Positions 51,446 to 61,894 are shown, counted from the first letter of the stretch. The stretch is 64,000 nucleotides of DNA from Candidatus Hodarchaeota archaeon (GCA_029856365.1 JAHQWW010000010.1:1-64000); one strand, 5' to 3'. Numbers and translations are program-made. Notes: a model not told the origin generated them from the sequence alone.

Positions 51446-51599
51446 TATTTATTCACCTAGGTATTTTCGTTAAGACCAAATTAAAATAATATTGAGATTT
51501 TGTCTTTATTTACAGTTTAAGCAGAATAATTACTTAAAATTACCGCTGTGATATTCAAAAATTCCAAAAAATCATTGAATTAATCGTAATTACAAAGAT

Positions 51600-53195
51600 G
51601 TGATACTTATAATGAAAAAGAGAAAATACAGTACACCTCTTGCAGAAGCAATACGCATAGCCTATACGAGAGGTGAGGGTGATGAAGATTTAGAACCACT
51701 TGTACTTGTTGACAATGATAATAGCCCAATTGGGCGTTTTATGCCTAATGATGCTTTAATTTTTGCTAATATTAGAGGTGAACGGGAGGTTGAATTAACT
51801 CAAGCCCTTACATCCAAACAACTAAATCATTTTCCAATAGTTCCTCTTAATCTCTGTGTTACGACAATGATCCAATACCATCCTGATCTCCCTGTAAATA
51901 TTGCATTCCCACCTACAGCAAATCTTAGCAATACATTAACGGAACTCCTTACTAAACAAGGTAAGCGAGTATTGAAATGTGTTGAAAGTGAAAAAGCTAT
52001 TCATTTAACCTATTTCTTTAATGGAAAACAACATACTCAATTCAAAAATGAGGATCGAATAATTATTCCCTCTTATGAAACAGAAAACTTAGCAGATTAT
52101 CCAGAGATGAAAGCTGCCGAAGTGGCTGATGCTACTATCGCTGAGATGAAAAAGGGAATTTATGACCTAATTGTGACTAATATTTCACCCTGCGATGTCA
52201 TGGGACATATCGAAGAAAAAAATATTGTTGGGCAAGCAATTCATGCTGTAGATAAACAATTAGGCCGAATAGTTACTGCTGCGATTAATGTTGGCTACAC
52301 TGTTCTTGTGACTGCAGATCACGGTGTTGCGGAATCTTGGCTTTATCCTGATGGCACTATTGACACAGGACACACTTCGAACCCAGTTCCTTTTCTAATT
52401 GTTTCTGAAATGAAAGAAGAAATACTATTGAAGACTGGAGGTTCCCTAGTAGATATAGCACCAACAATTATTGATATTTTGGGATTAGAAAAACCCCAAG
52501 AAATGGAGGGAAGAACTCTCTTGAAAACTGGAATAGGATTTAGTAGTCACCGAATTCTTCTCTTAATCTTAGATGGTTGGGGGTATAATCCTGATACATA
52601 TGGCAATTTATTCTTAGAATTCGGAACTCCAAATATGGATAAGTTAAAAATTGATTTTCCTTTTACAACCCTTATCGCTTCAGGAACACGTTTAGGTATG
52701 CCAGAAGGCACAGTTGGTAATAGCGAAATAGGACATCTCCACATGGGTATTGGTAGACGTATTGTAAGTGATCGAGTTAGAATATTTGAAGCCATTGAGA
52801 CGGGAGATTTTTTCCATAATGATGCTTTTTTGAAGGCCATAAATTATGTCAAGAATAATAAAACTTCATTACATTTATTAGGAATTATTAGCTTCTACAG
52901 TTCCCATGGTTCAATTAAATATCTTGAGGCACTCATGGGGCTTGCTAAGAGAAAGAATATTCATAAAGTCTTTTTACACGGTATGCTTGGACGGCGGGGT
53001 GAAAAACCTGAATCTGGAGCTCATTATGTAAATCAACTCGAACTTAAAGCGCAAGAAATGGAAATTGCAAAAGTTGTTTCCATCATCGGCCGTCATTGGG
53101 CACTTGATAGAGAAGAAAATTGGGAGAGAATTGAAAAAACTTATGAATTACTAGTAAATGGTAAAGGAAGACAAATAATAGATACAAATTTTTGA
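51600..53195 (+). CDS. Circularly permuted 2,3-bisphosphoglycerate-independent phosphoglycerate mutase-like enzyme
   Basis: All GpmI motifs present, but LILDGWG and GNSEIGH lie downstream of DVMGH, ADHG, HTSNPVP and DIAPT. Confidence 0.9.
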   Translation: MILIMKKRKYSTPLAEAIRIAYTRGEGDEDLEPLVLVDNDNSPIGRFMPNDALIFANIRGEREVELTQALTSKQLNHFPIVPLNLCVTTMIQYHPDLPVNIAFPPTANLSNTLTELLTKQGKRVLKCVESEKAIHLTYFFNGKQHTQFKNEDRIIIPSYETENLADYPEMKAAEVADATIAEMKKGIYDLIVTNISPCDVMGHIEEKNIVGQAIHAVDKQLGRIVTAAINVGYTVLVTADHGVAESWLYPDGTIDTGHTSNPVPFLIVSEMKEEILLKTGGSLVDIAPTIIDILGLEKPQEMEGRTLLKTGIGFSSHRILLLILDGWGYNPDTYGNLFLEFGTPNMDKLKIDFPFTTLIASGTRLGMPEGTVGNSEIGHLHMGIGRRIVSDRVRIFEAIETGDFFHNDAFLKAINYVKNNKTSLHLLGIISFYSSHGSIKYLEALMGLAKRKNIHKVFLHGMLGRRGEKPESGAHYVNQLELKAQEMEIAKVVSIIGRHWALDREENWERIEKTYELLVNGKGRQIIDTNF

Positions 53196-53206
53196 TATGT
53201 ATTTCA

Positions 53207-53668
53207 TCATGAATTCTGATTCGATATTACCTTTATATAATTCGCAATCTGAAATAAAAGTTGTGAAATGCTATTGTAGGAGTGAAGTGTGAGATTTGGA
53301 GAAGTATTACCTAAAATCATTGCTGATATAACTCTTTTTACTTCATAGACTCCCAATACGGGTTTATTGAGGTGTAAGGCGTATGCAATTTCATAACCTA
53401 CCCCTAAGCTGGGAATTGATACCTCAGCGATCACTATATCACACATTTGAAGCCAGTTAATATCTTGGGTGTAAATTTCAGCATTGGTCATTGAGTTTTC
53501 AATTTCGATAACGTCGGGTGAAGCTACATGATGAGTGAGAACTTCGTGGCCATTATTCTGGAGATAATCATAAATAATTTGATAATTACTTTGTAGTTCA
53601 CGACCCCCTCTTATAGATCCTGATAGATAAATTTTCAAGACAATCCATCCTGATAAAAAAATTTTCAA
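53207..53668 (-). CDS. Nucleoside 2-deoxyribosyltransferase / DNPH1-like N-hydrolase
   Basis: KIYLSGSIRGGR; AEVSIPSLGVGYE. Confidence 0.88.
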   Translation of the reverse strand: MKIFLSGWIVLKIYLSGSIRGGRELQSNYQIIYDYLQNNGHEVLTHHVASPDVIEIENSMTNAEIYTQDINWLQMCDIVIAEVSIPSLGVGYEIAYALHLNKPVLGVYEVKRVISAMILGNTSPNLTLHSYNSISQLLFQIANYIKVISNQNS

Positions 53669-54447
53669 GTTAATTTATCCTGTTTCTTCTTCGCACGGAG
53701 CAAAAGATGACAATATTCTTGAACTTTTTTATCAGCAGTATCTTGAGCCAATAAACCGAGAATTTCTATCAATTGTGCTTTATTAGCTATTGCCATTTGG
53801 TTCTTCTTACAAAAATCTCTTATCTGTTGGTCTAGGATAGGATTAGAATGCAATAAAGCTGCAAGAATTTGGAAAACCGTATTATCTTTCCGTCCCTTTC
53901 TCAGTGCTTTAAGAGCCTTCTTGGAAGATTTATGAAGGTTACCAGAACGATAGAGCGAAATGATTACAGGATACCAATCGTTAGCTCGTGCTTTTAACCA
54001 ATCCTGAATTTCCTGAATATCTTTGATTCTTTCTTCCCAATATTTTTTAAATTGCTCATCTGGAAATCCTAGCTCAGGCCACTCTTGAATTTTGGCTAAT
54101 AATTCTACATATTCATGGTAACGCGAAATTTGAGCCTCTCTTTCTCTAATACCAAATTCTAACGTTCCCAATATAAATCCAGCAGAATATTCTTTTAAAC
54201 TATTTTCAAGGCTTTTGGTAAAGATGATTTCTTGGGCTTTGTTTAGAAGTTTACGATTCTCCTCTAAAACTTGTTTAGATTCCATTGGAATTTCTTTTGG
54301 ATGTTGATCAAGATAATCTAGTGCCCAAAAAAGGAACATAGCTTCAGTTTGAAGCTTCTTGGATTGTATATACTTTGTTAATTCTTGTGGATTTTTATTG
54401 AGAAGTAGTGCTTTTACTTTTTCAAAATCAATTTTAGGGTCTGTCAA
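53665..54447 (-). CDS. Hypothetical alpha-helical protein
   Basis: 260-aa ORF with a 4-bp overlap into the downstream gene. Confidence 0.7.
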   Translation of the reverse strand: MTDPKIDFEKVKALLLNKNPQELTKYIQSKKLQTEAMFLFWALDYLDQHPKEIPMESKQVLEENRKLLNKAQEIIFTKSLENSLKEYSAGFILGTLEFGIREREAQISRYHEYVELLAKIQEWPELGFPDEQFKKYWEERIKDIQEIQDWLKARANDWYPVIISLYRSGNLHKSSKKALKALRKGRKDNTVFQILAALLHSNPILDQQIRDFCKKNQMAIANKAQLIEILGLLAQDTADKKVQEYCHLLLRAKKKQDKLT

Positions 54448-54520
54448 GTTTCTTCAAACCAGATTAATGAGAGAGAATTGAAGCAAAATAAATGAAAAAA
54501 GAGAAAAAAAGGTTTATGTC

Positions 54521-56734
54521 TTAACCAAGCAACATTCGATAGACATCTTTGGGGTCATGTTCACCAGGAGCTTGGATTTTGAAGCGAATCTCAACTTTCT
54601 GTCCAGGTTGGACCTCTTTATAAATCCACTTCATAGCCTTACCATCTTTCACAGAAGAATGTTCTTCAAATCCGACAGGTGGATCTTCCTCAGTATCAGA
54701 TACTAATTTAAAACCCTTGGGCAAGAAATCACTCACTTCTACATTTTGGATAACAGCAGTACCCTCATTAACGCCTTGAATTACAATTTCATACTCATTT
54801 AAGGCTTCACTAGAAGTTGAACGCACCATTTTACCAATTTTTAATTTTCGGCGTTCATGCACAACAGTTATTGGACCTGCTTCTGCTTCAGCTGTAACAG
54901 GCTTAACTGGAGGGAAAATGTTAGCTAGTACTGTGACATTACCCATAAATTCATCATCTGGAGTAGCAGTAGCGAAAAAAGGATAGTTGATTTTTAGTTC
55001 TTCATCTTGTTTCAATGTTCCAAGAGATGAGTATTCAAGATGTTCTATAGTTATAATCAGATTATCGTCTACTACTTCTGAATTATAATCATCGTCTGAA
55101 ATCTGTTTATCGTCTTTTATAATCGAAATATTATCTTTAGTTGGAGGCTCAAAGCCTTCTGGGATCTGATCTTGGAGCTGCAAATATTCTATTTCTGTAC
55201 TTCCAGTGGATCGGATGATATTTTCGGTCAAAACCTCCGTACGCCTATAAGAAGGTATTGTCATAGGTGAGAAGGTCTTTAAGACTTCAATGTCTATGAA
55301 TCGGAGTGCATAACCAGGAAGTGTGCATTCAGCTATTATCTCTGCGTCATAAAGATATTTCACTGATAAATCCAGTTCACGTCCAAATTGTGGAATGGTG
55401 CCATCTTCTTCGACGGTGATTGTCCACGGATCAAGACTAAATGTCTCACCAGGGTCAATAGATCGTTCTTCTTCAGGGAAATCACTCCCTAACCATTCTA
55501 GTCGAACATTCCCTTCTTCAAGAGAACCTTCGTAAATCCTAACTTCCTTTAAATCCATCTCAAACTCGGAAGTGTTTTCTAATTCAAATTTACAATCGAA
55601 GTCTCCAGGATTCTCTTCCTGCTCATCACGCGAGATAAACTGGAATACTGATGATGAACCTGTAATTGTCTCTAGATTGACACCAGAAAGACTTGTATCA
55701 AGACAATTATATTTAACAACTGTATCTCCAACTTTATACGGTTCTTTTGTGTCTTCTGGTAAGGTTACTCGCATTTCACAGCTAGCATTTATGGTAGAAT
55801 TAGCTGGGATTTCTTTAATTTTCCATTGAATGAAATCTCCTTCTTTATTAAATTCCCCATTCTCAGTTTGAAAATTATTAACAACTGTAGAAGGATCAGA
55901 AATGTGTTTTTTAAGAACTACTTCTTTTAAAGACCAATCAAATTCATTTGTTAGTTCAATTGTAAAGCGCATTCCTGCTTCGGTACCTCGGGAAAAGGTA
56001 GGAGGTGATTCTGGTTTCTCCAGATCCCAAAATGCTTCTTTGATCTTCACTCGTGGTGCTTCTGTTTGAAAGTTAAATATGACTGCTTTAACCCCTTGGG
56101 GATCCAATTCTTTAATTCCAAAACTGTTCCCAAACACTACAATCTCTTGATCTTCACTCCTGTCAAATGAAACTTCATCAACACCTTCTAGAAATGCATC
56201 AATTCCCCAAATTCGATCTCGACTTCCTCTATTAGTAACTTTGATTTTTCCTGCTCCTTGGAGTGAATCCAGAGGAGAATTATTCTCGTCTACTAAATTA
56301 TTATCCTGATCTATTCTATATTTTAAGGTCTCTTCTAATTTAACATGTAATCCAGCTTGTTTAGCTTCATGTTCTTCCAATGCACGAAAATCCTCACGAG
56401 CCCTTGCTGCATCTTCCTCGGAGAATGGGGTTTCAGGGAGAGGAGTTCCTGATTCTCGAATGGTATTGGCAGCATCCTTTGCCTTATTTCTAGTACCACG
56501 ATCCTTGTCATTTTCTCCAACCCTCTCAAGAACTTGAACAGCCTCTGGATCATTTAGCTTTACAAGAGAATCAATGGCTTCTTTTCGTACATCTTTATCG
56601 TCATCTTGTTCAATAACCTTAAGCAGCGCGCGAAGAGAAGCTTTTGTGTGAGTATTTCCCAAAGCTTTTGCCGATTCTTTTCGCTTGTATTTATCACTAC
56701 TTTCCAAGTTTTTTATTTCAGACATATTAATCAC
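54521..56734 (-). CDS. Cytoplasmic HEAT-repeat + mu-homology-like/Ig-like beta-sandwich protein
   Basis: Three N-terminal PBS/HEAT repeats followed by several beta-sandwich domains; no signal peptide or TM helix. Confidence 0.75.
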   Translation of the reverse strand: MINMSEIKNLESSDKYKRKESAKALGNTHTKASLRALLKVIEQDDDKDVRKEAIDSLVKLNDPEAVQVLERVGENDKDRGTRNKAKDAANTIRESGTPLPETPFSEEDAARAREDFRALEEHEAKQAGLHVKLEETLKYRIDQDNNLVDENNSPLDSLQGAGKIKVTNRGSRDRIWGIDAFLEGVDEVSFDRSEDQEIVVFGNSFGIKELDPQGVKAVIFNFQTEAPRVKIKEAFWDLEKPESPPTFSRGTEAGMRFTIELTNEFDWSLKEVVLKKHISDPSTVVNNFQTENGEFNKEGDFIQWKIKEIPANSTINASCEMRVTLPEDTKEPYKVGDTVVKYNCLDTSLSGVNLETITGSSSVFQFISRDEQEENPGDFDCKFELENTSEFEMDLKEVRIYEGSLEEGNVRLEWLGSDFPEEERSIDPGETFSLDPWTITVEEDGTIPQFGRELDLSVKYLYDAEIIAECTLPGYALRFIDIEVLKTFSPMTIPSYRRTEVLTENIIRSTGSTEIEYLQLQDQIPEGFEPPTKDNISIIKDDKQISDDDYNSEVVDDNLIITIEHLEYSSLGTLKQDEELKINYPFFATATPDDEFMGNVTVLANIFPPVKPVTAEAEAGPITVVHERRKLKIGKMVRSTSSEALNEYEIVIQGVNEGTAVIQNVEVSDFLPKGFKLVSDTEEDPPVGFEEHSSVKDGKAMKWIYKEVQPGQKVEIRFKIQAPGEHDPKDVYRMLLG

Positions 56735-57002
56735 CTCAAGCTTTATGTGAACGTAATTAATTCCTTTTCAATCACAAATTTAATAAGTTTAACTAATGAT
56801 TATAAGTTTTGGAACCCTTAAGAACCATCATCAACAGCTAGCAATCATTAAACCTTAAATCCTTGATATTATGAAGCTAGGAATTTCGATATTAAAACCA
56901 TTTTATAATAAAAAATAGTAGGATTTATTTTCAAAGATAAAACGACAAAAAAAATTAATTGTAAAAAATAGGAAATATTAGATTTGTTTTATAATAACAA
57001 AA

Positions 57003-58292
57003 TTATTTTAGTAGTTCTTGTGCTTGAGCTTGCCAAGCAGTCAATCTTTTTTCAGAAAACCGTGTTTTTCTTGCTAATTCTCCCAATTCATATTCTAATA
57101 AATTTTTTAGAGTTAATACTCCAGCAGCATTTAATCGTTGTGCTGTTTTGATTCCTACTCCTGAAATCGATGTAAGCTGAGCATCCTCAGTTGGAATTTG
57201 GGTTGAAGAAATCGTTACTTCAGATTTTTGGCCAATAAATATTACTGCTTTTTTTTTCCATTTATTATAAGTATTTTCACTGATTGAATTTTTAAACAAT
57301 GCAAAAGATGAATTTAATAGGTCTTGTACCGTAATAATTCCTCGCTGACTTAATTTCTGAGCTGTTTTAGTTCCAATCCCCTTGATATTAGTTACTGGCT
57401 GAACTAGAGGATCTAATACTTCTGGTTCTATGACCTCGGGGAAAACTACTGATTTTCCTATAGACGCAAGAACTTTAGTTAAGCGAGCCATCGACATTCT
57501 CAAAGTTTTTCTTAAACCCTCTAAATCATCGAAGTTTACAAGATCTAATCTTGAAGAGATTCCAAGTTTTGCAAGTTTCTCAACAGACTTTGGTCCAATC
57601 CCACGAATTGACAGAAGATCATCAGGAATGATAGTAACATCCTCATCAGGAGGGAAAGGAGGTTCAACTTCCTTACTTATAAGAAACTCAGCATCTTGGA
57701 GCATATGATGCAATTTAGTATCACTAATACGCATTACTTCAGCAAGAGAAACACGATCAGGATAATTTAAAAATTCTGAAATAGAATAAACTTGGATTTT
57801 TACCAATCGGGCCGCATATGTCTTACCAAGGCCCTTTATCGCTGCTACAGGTGTTTTGCTAATCAAGATTCGCTCTTCGGGAATAGGAGTAACATAACTA
57901 GCTGGAGTAATTCCATACTCTTCAATAGCTTCTAAAGGCATTGCAGCAGGAAGGAGCATTGGCGGTTCAATTCTTTCCTTGTGTTCGACATAAAAATGTT
58001 GACCAAATGAACCAGTATCCATCTCCACCTGGATCCGCCAAACACCGAGGTGCTTATCTCTAATTGTGTGTGGTATTGGCCAGTTAAGAACAATTCCCTC
58101 ATCTGATCCTTTTCCATAACGATTCAATCGAGAATTATTCCGATGATCTAAGATTTGTAAACGATAATGGTTTGGAATCTGATCACCGAATTTTACTTGG
58201 ATATTTATCTTTTCTCCAGGGACAAAGGCAAAAACATTATGCATTGGTTCCTTTGTTTTCCGAATGAAGATCGTTGACATACTTATAGCCAT
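57003..58292 (-). CDS. Multi helix-hairpin-helix protein with N-terminal Ig-like domain
   Basis: IKGLGK, IRGIGP, IKGIGT and ISGVGI HhH motifs. Confidence 0.8.
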   Translation of the reverse strand: MAISMSTIFIRKTKEPMHNVFAFVPGEKINIQVKFGDQIPNHYRLQILDHRNNSRLNRYGKGSDEGIVLNWPIPHTIRDKHLGVWRIQVEMDTGSFGQHFYVEHKERIEPPMLLPAAMPLEAIEEYGITPASYVTPIPEERILISKTPVAAIKGLGKTYAARLVKIQVYSISEFLNYPDRVSLAEVMRISDTKLHHMLQDAEFLISKEVEPPFPPDEDVTIIPDDLLSIRGIGPKSVEKLAKLGISSRLDLVNFDDLEGLRKTLRMSMARLTKVLASIGKSVVFPEVIEPEVLDPLVQPVTNIKGIGTKTAQKLSQRGIITVQDLLNSSFALFKNSISENTYNKWKKKAVIFIGQKSEVTISSTQIPTEDAQLTSISGVGIKTAQRLNAAGVLTLKNLLEYELGELARKTRFSEKRLTAWQAQAQELLK

Positions 58293-58313
58293 TCTTATTA
58301 TCTTTCTAGTGGA

Positions 58314-59600
58314 TTATGATTTTACACGAATCCAGATTAATAATAGTATTAGTAGTAATACTCCTATAAATGTAACGAATGTAGCGGTCAAGAATGCTGT
58401 TCGATATGCCAAAACCTCTGTTACACCTAATATTAAGAGATAATCTGTAATTGGTCCAGCAATAATAGTTCCAGCTAATCCCCAACTGAGAAAGAAAGAG
58501 GCATTAAATAACCCAAATAATTTCGCACGTTCTTTAGGTGTTATTAGCCCAGAGGCGAATGCATATGATGATGCCATGATGATTACTTGGGCGGATCCTC
58601 TAAGGAAGCTAGCTATGAAAATGAGGCTTAAATTAGTCGAAATTGCAAGAAGAACGAGTGAGATTATTGACATTAATGCTCCTAACAAGATTGTGTTTCC
58701 GTTTCCTATTTTCTGACACATTCGGCCAACGATGAGGCCAAGTAGAATTATAGCAAGAGATTGAGTATTTAATATATAAGATAATAGTTCGCTAGACACT
58801 CCAAAACCAGGTGAAGGAAGGAACAAATATTGAGGTAAGATTGTAGCGATACTGTTCCTACCAAAATTAATGAAAGTTATAGCGACAAGAAAAATGATGA
58901 AGATGTGAGTTGAAGGAGTAGTTATATCGCCAATAGACGATTGTTGCTCAGGTTCGATCTCGGATTCATAATGAACACCTCCTTCAGGAACTAGTACCAT
59001 AGGAATAGTTGAAAGAAACATTACAATAGCAGCTACAAAGAAAAGACTCCCTTCATAAAAGCCCCAACCTTCATATTGAAGATGCAACCCATTGTATAAT
59101 AAACCACCAATCCAAATGCCAACAATCCTACCCAAACCTCCCATACTCGAAAGACGACCCTGAATAACGCTTCTCTCCTCATAAGGAATTAAATCAGATA
59201 TAAGAGCACTCCAACCATTATTCGACATTGACCAAAAGATCTCAACTATCGACAAACCAATAATTATCATCCATCCTGCAAGAACCAGCTGATCTACAAT
59301 TCGATGAGTAAAAAATACAATTATTGTACCAATACCTGCAAGAATCTCTCCCAGAATCACAAATGTTCGACGTAACTGGTATTTATCTGACAGTACACCC
59401 CATACCAAAGTTTGAAAACTAACATTTAGAACCATTGGAAGAGTTGCAAACAGTGTTGTACCTGTTACGCTCATTCCAAGGAAATACCGTAGATATATCG
59501 ATAAATAACTATAAAAAAGACCTCGACGAAACATTGCAAGTATCTGAAAGGAAGATAACCCCAAAAAAATTCGAGTGGAGCTGGTAATGTTTGTATCCAT
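58314..59600 (-). CDS. MFS transporter
   Basis: 12 TM helices; WGVLSDKYQLRR. Confidence 0.88.
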   Translation of the reverse strand: MDTNITSSTRIFLGLSSFQILAMFRRGLFYSYLSIYLRYFLGMSVTGTTLFATLPMVLNVSFQTLVWGVLSDKYQLRRTFVILGEILAGIGTIIVFFTHRIVDQLVLAGWMIIIGLSIVEIFWSMSNNGWSALISDLIPYEERSVIQGRLSSMGGLGRIVGIWIGGLLYNGLHLQYEGWGFYEGSLFFVAAIVMFLSTIPMVLVPEGGVHYESEIEPEQQSSIGDITTPSTHIFIIFLVAITFINFGRNSIATILPQYLFLPSPGFGVSSELLSYILNTQSLAIILLGLIVGRMCQKIGNGNTILLGALMSIISLVLLAISTNLSLIFIASFLRGSAQVIIMASSYAFASGLITPKERAKLFGLFNASFFLSWGLAGTIIAGPITDYLLILGVTEVLAYRTAFLTATFVTFIGVLLLILLLIWIRVKS

Positions 59601-59602
59601 AT

Positions 59603-60229
59603 CTATAATCCTCTTATGGTTTCAGAATCAAGCTGAACCAGAATTTGACGAATTTGATACCACACTTTGGAGGGAGAACCGTCTCCATTAATTTGAAACC
59701 AGCTTTTCCTCTTTGTAACTGATTGCATCTTACCTCTCATTTTCTTTAATCGCGATAAACCTTCAAACATTTCCTGTTTCTCACCGCGTTTAGAGATTCT
59801 TTTTCTGGCAACTTCAGGGGTGACATCTAAAAAGAAAAAATACCGACTAGTCGGCAAAAAACTTTGAAAAAAGTTATATCCGAAAATTACTATTGGAGAA
59901 GGGAGATAACAGACTCCTAGGAGATATCGAGAGAAAATAATAACTTCATTGCCATTATGACGATAGTACTTTACCAAGGATCTGATAACATCAACAGCAT
60001 AGAAAACAGCAGCTTTTAAATGGCCTTTTTTCCCTCCTTCCTCTAAAGCAGACTTCGCATAGCGACCAAAAGGGTTATCAATAGAAGGATGACTTCTAAT
60101 ACGAACTTTCATTCCTTTATTAAGATAATAGCGGGCGATTAGCTTTACCTGGGTATCTTTACCACAACCATCACCACCATCTATCACAATAAATAAAGGA
60201 TTGTTCTCTGATCTTCTGTTACTTCCCAT
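59603..60229 (-). CDS. tmk: Thymidylate kinase
   Basis: IDGGDGCGKDTQ; SRY; LDVTPEVARKRI. Confidence 0.85.
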   Translation of the reverse strand: MGSNRRSENNPLFIVIDGGDGCGKDTQVKLIARYYLNKGMKVRIRSHPSIDNPFGRYAKSALEEGGKKGHLKAAVFYAVDVIRSLVKYYRHNGNEVIIFSRYLLGVCYLPSPIVIFGYNFFQSFLPTSRYFFFLDVTPEVARKRISKRGEKQEMFEGLSRLKKMRGKMQSVTKRKSWFQINGDGSPSKVWYQIRQILVQLDSETIRGL

Positions 60230-60581
60230 TTGTCGTCAACGTGAAGTGTATAATCACTGATTTTTGAATATTTCTTCATAATGATTATCTTTTCTTTCGA
60301 GAAAATCTCATAACTGAATTTGGAAGGAGTAAGCTACTTGATAGGTAAAACCAGAAATTTAGATGAGAATAAGCACTTACAATTTTTTGAGGGGATTAAG
60401 AATCAGTGAATACTTTTTCACCCTATTTGAAGAGAAAAAAAGTTATTCCTTTCTTCCTTAAATCAATCCCAAAAATATTTGAAAGAATTCTTCAGTGTTC
60501 AAGTTAATAGGAATTTTTAATGAATTATATCTGTTTTGAAAAATTCTAAAGAAAAGAAATACACTTAATGAGGCAAATTAT

Positions 60582-60947
60582 TTGGTACGAAAAGGAAAAC
60601 AGAAACGAGAGCCAACTACCGAGATTGTACGGCGTACGCGTTACCCTAAAGGTGCCGAAGTTATTGGTGTTGTAATTCGTAATTTAGGTGCAAGACGGAT
60701 GGAAGTATTATGCACTGATAGAGTGAAACGCACTGCAAGGATTCCAGGTCGGTTCAGACGAGGGTATAGAATCACTGTAAACGATGTTGTGCTAGTTGAA
60801 CCATGGGCAGACCTAAAGGGGGATAAAGCAGATATTACTTATCGTTATCGAAAGAACGAACTGCGCCCCTTAGCAAGAAGATACTCTAAAGAACTTAAAT
60901 CCCTTGATATAGAAATACCTAAAACAGAAGCCAAACCACGATCATAA
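60582..60947 (+). CDS. eif1a: Translation initiation factor aIF-1A
   Basis: LGARRMEVLCTD..RTARIPGR; DVVLVEPW; KADITYRY. Confidence 0.93.
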   Translation: MVRKGKQKREPTTEIVRRTRYPKGAEVIGVVIRNLGARRMEVLCTDRVKRTARIPGRFRRGYRITVNDVVLVEPWADLKGDKADITYRYRKNELRPLARRYSKELKSLDIEIPKTEAKPRS

Positions 60948-61129
60948 CATTTAACCCAAATAACAGCTCTTTGATTTGTCAAACTAAATTGGAATTGGAG
61001 GGAAGAGTAATAATTTATAAGTTCTAAGTATTCTTTGCATCGAATCTTATGAAAAACAGTATCATTATTTGAGCTAAGGAAAATAAATATAGTTATAAAA
61101 CAGTTTTTTAAAAACAAGGAAACCAATCA

Positions 61130-61894
61130 ATGAAATACATTAAAATTCTGGCTCATAGAGGGTATCTTATCAATGGAGAACCTGGTAACTCCATCCCAGC
61201 CTTTCAAACAGCCGTACTTCACGGTGCAGATGGGCTTGAATTTGATGTACACCTGACATCTGATAACAGATTTATTTGCTACCACAATGACACTCTCAAA
61301 AAACTAGGCCGTTCTAATGCTATAAAGAATCTTTCCCACAAAGAACTTACTTCAATAGAACTCTCAGAAGGAATAACAATTCCATCTCTTGAAGAGGTAC
61401 TTGATTTATTTGGAAATAAAATCACATTGAATATTGAGCTAAAATCACAAAAAGAGGGGGCTAAAGAACTTGTAGAATTGATCCATCAATTCAACCTTAC
61501 AGACGATTTAACAAAACTGATAGTATCTTCTTTCTTCTATACTCCTTTAAAGAAAATTAAAGTTATTGACCCTGAAATCCCAACAGGATTACTTTGTCAT
61601 TGCTCTAAAGACCAAATTCAAGTGGTAAAAGAATTAAATTGTAATGCTATTCACCCATATTACAATATCATCCCAAAAGACTGGGTAAAATTTCATTCTC
61701 TCTGGCTTACGACATTCCTTCATAATTTTTATTTTCAGAGGACTATTAAAAAAGCACAGAAACTTGGTTTATTTGTCAATCCTTGGACAGTCAACGATAA
61801 GAAATATCTAAGTGCAGCAATTCAAAAACAAGTAGATAATATCATCACAGATAACGTAGAACAAGCTCTCAGACTACGGAACCAATTATCTTAA
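61130..61894 (+). CDS. Glycerophosphodiester phosphodiesterase
   Basis: AHRG, EFDVHLTSD, NIELK, WTVND, IITD. Confidence 0.92.
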   Translation: MKYIKILAHRGYLINGEPGNSIPAFQTAVLHGADGLEFDVHLTSDNRFICYHNDTLKKLGRSNAIKNLSHKELTSIELSEGITIPSLEEVLDLFGNKITLNIELKSQKEGAKELVELIHQFNLTDDLTKLIVSSFFYTPLKKIKVIDPEIPTGLLCHCSKDQIQVVKELNCNAIHPYYNIIPKDWVKFHSLWLTTFLHNFYFQRTIKKAQKLGLFVNPWTVNDKKYLSAAIQKQVDNIITDNVEQALRLRNQLS

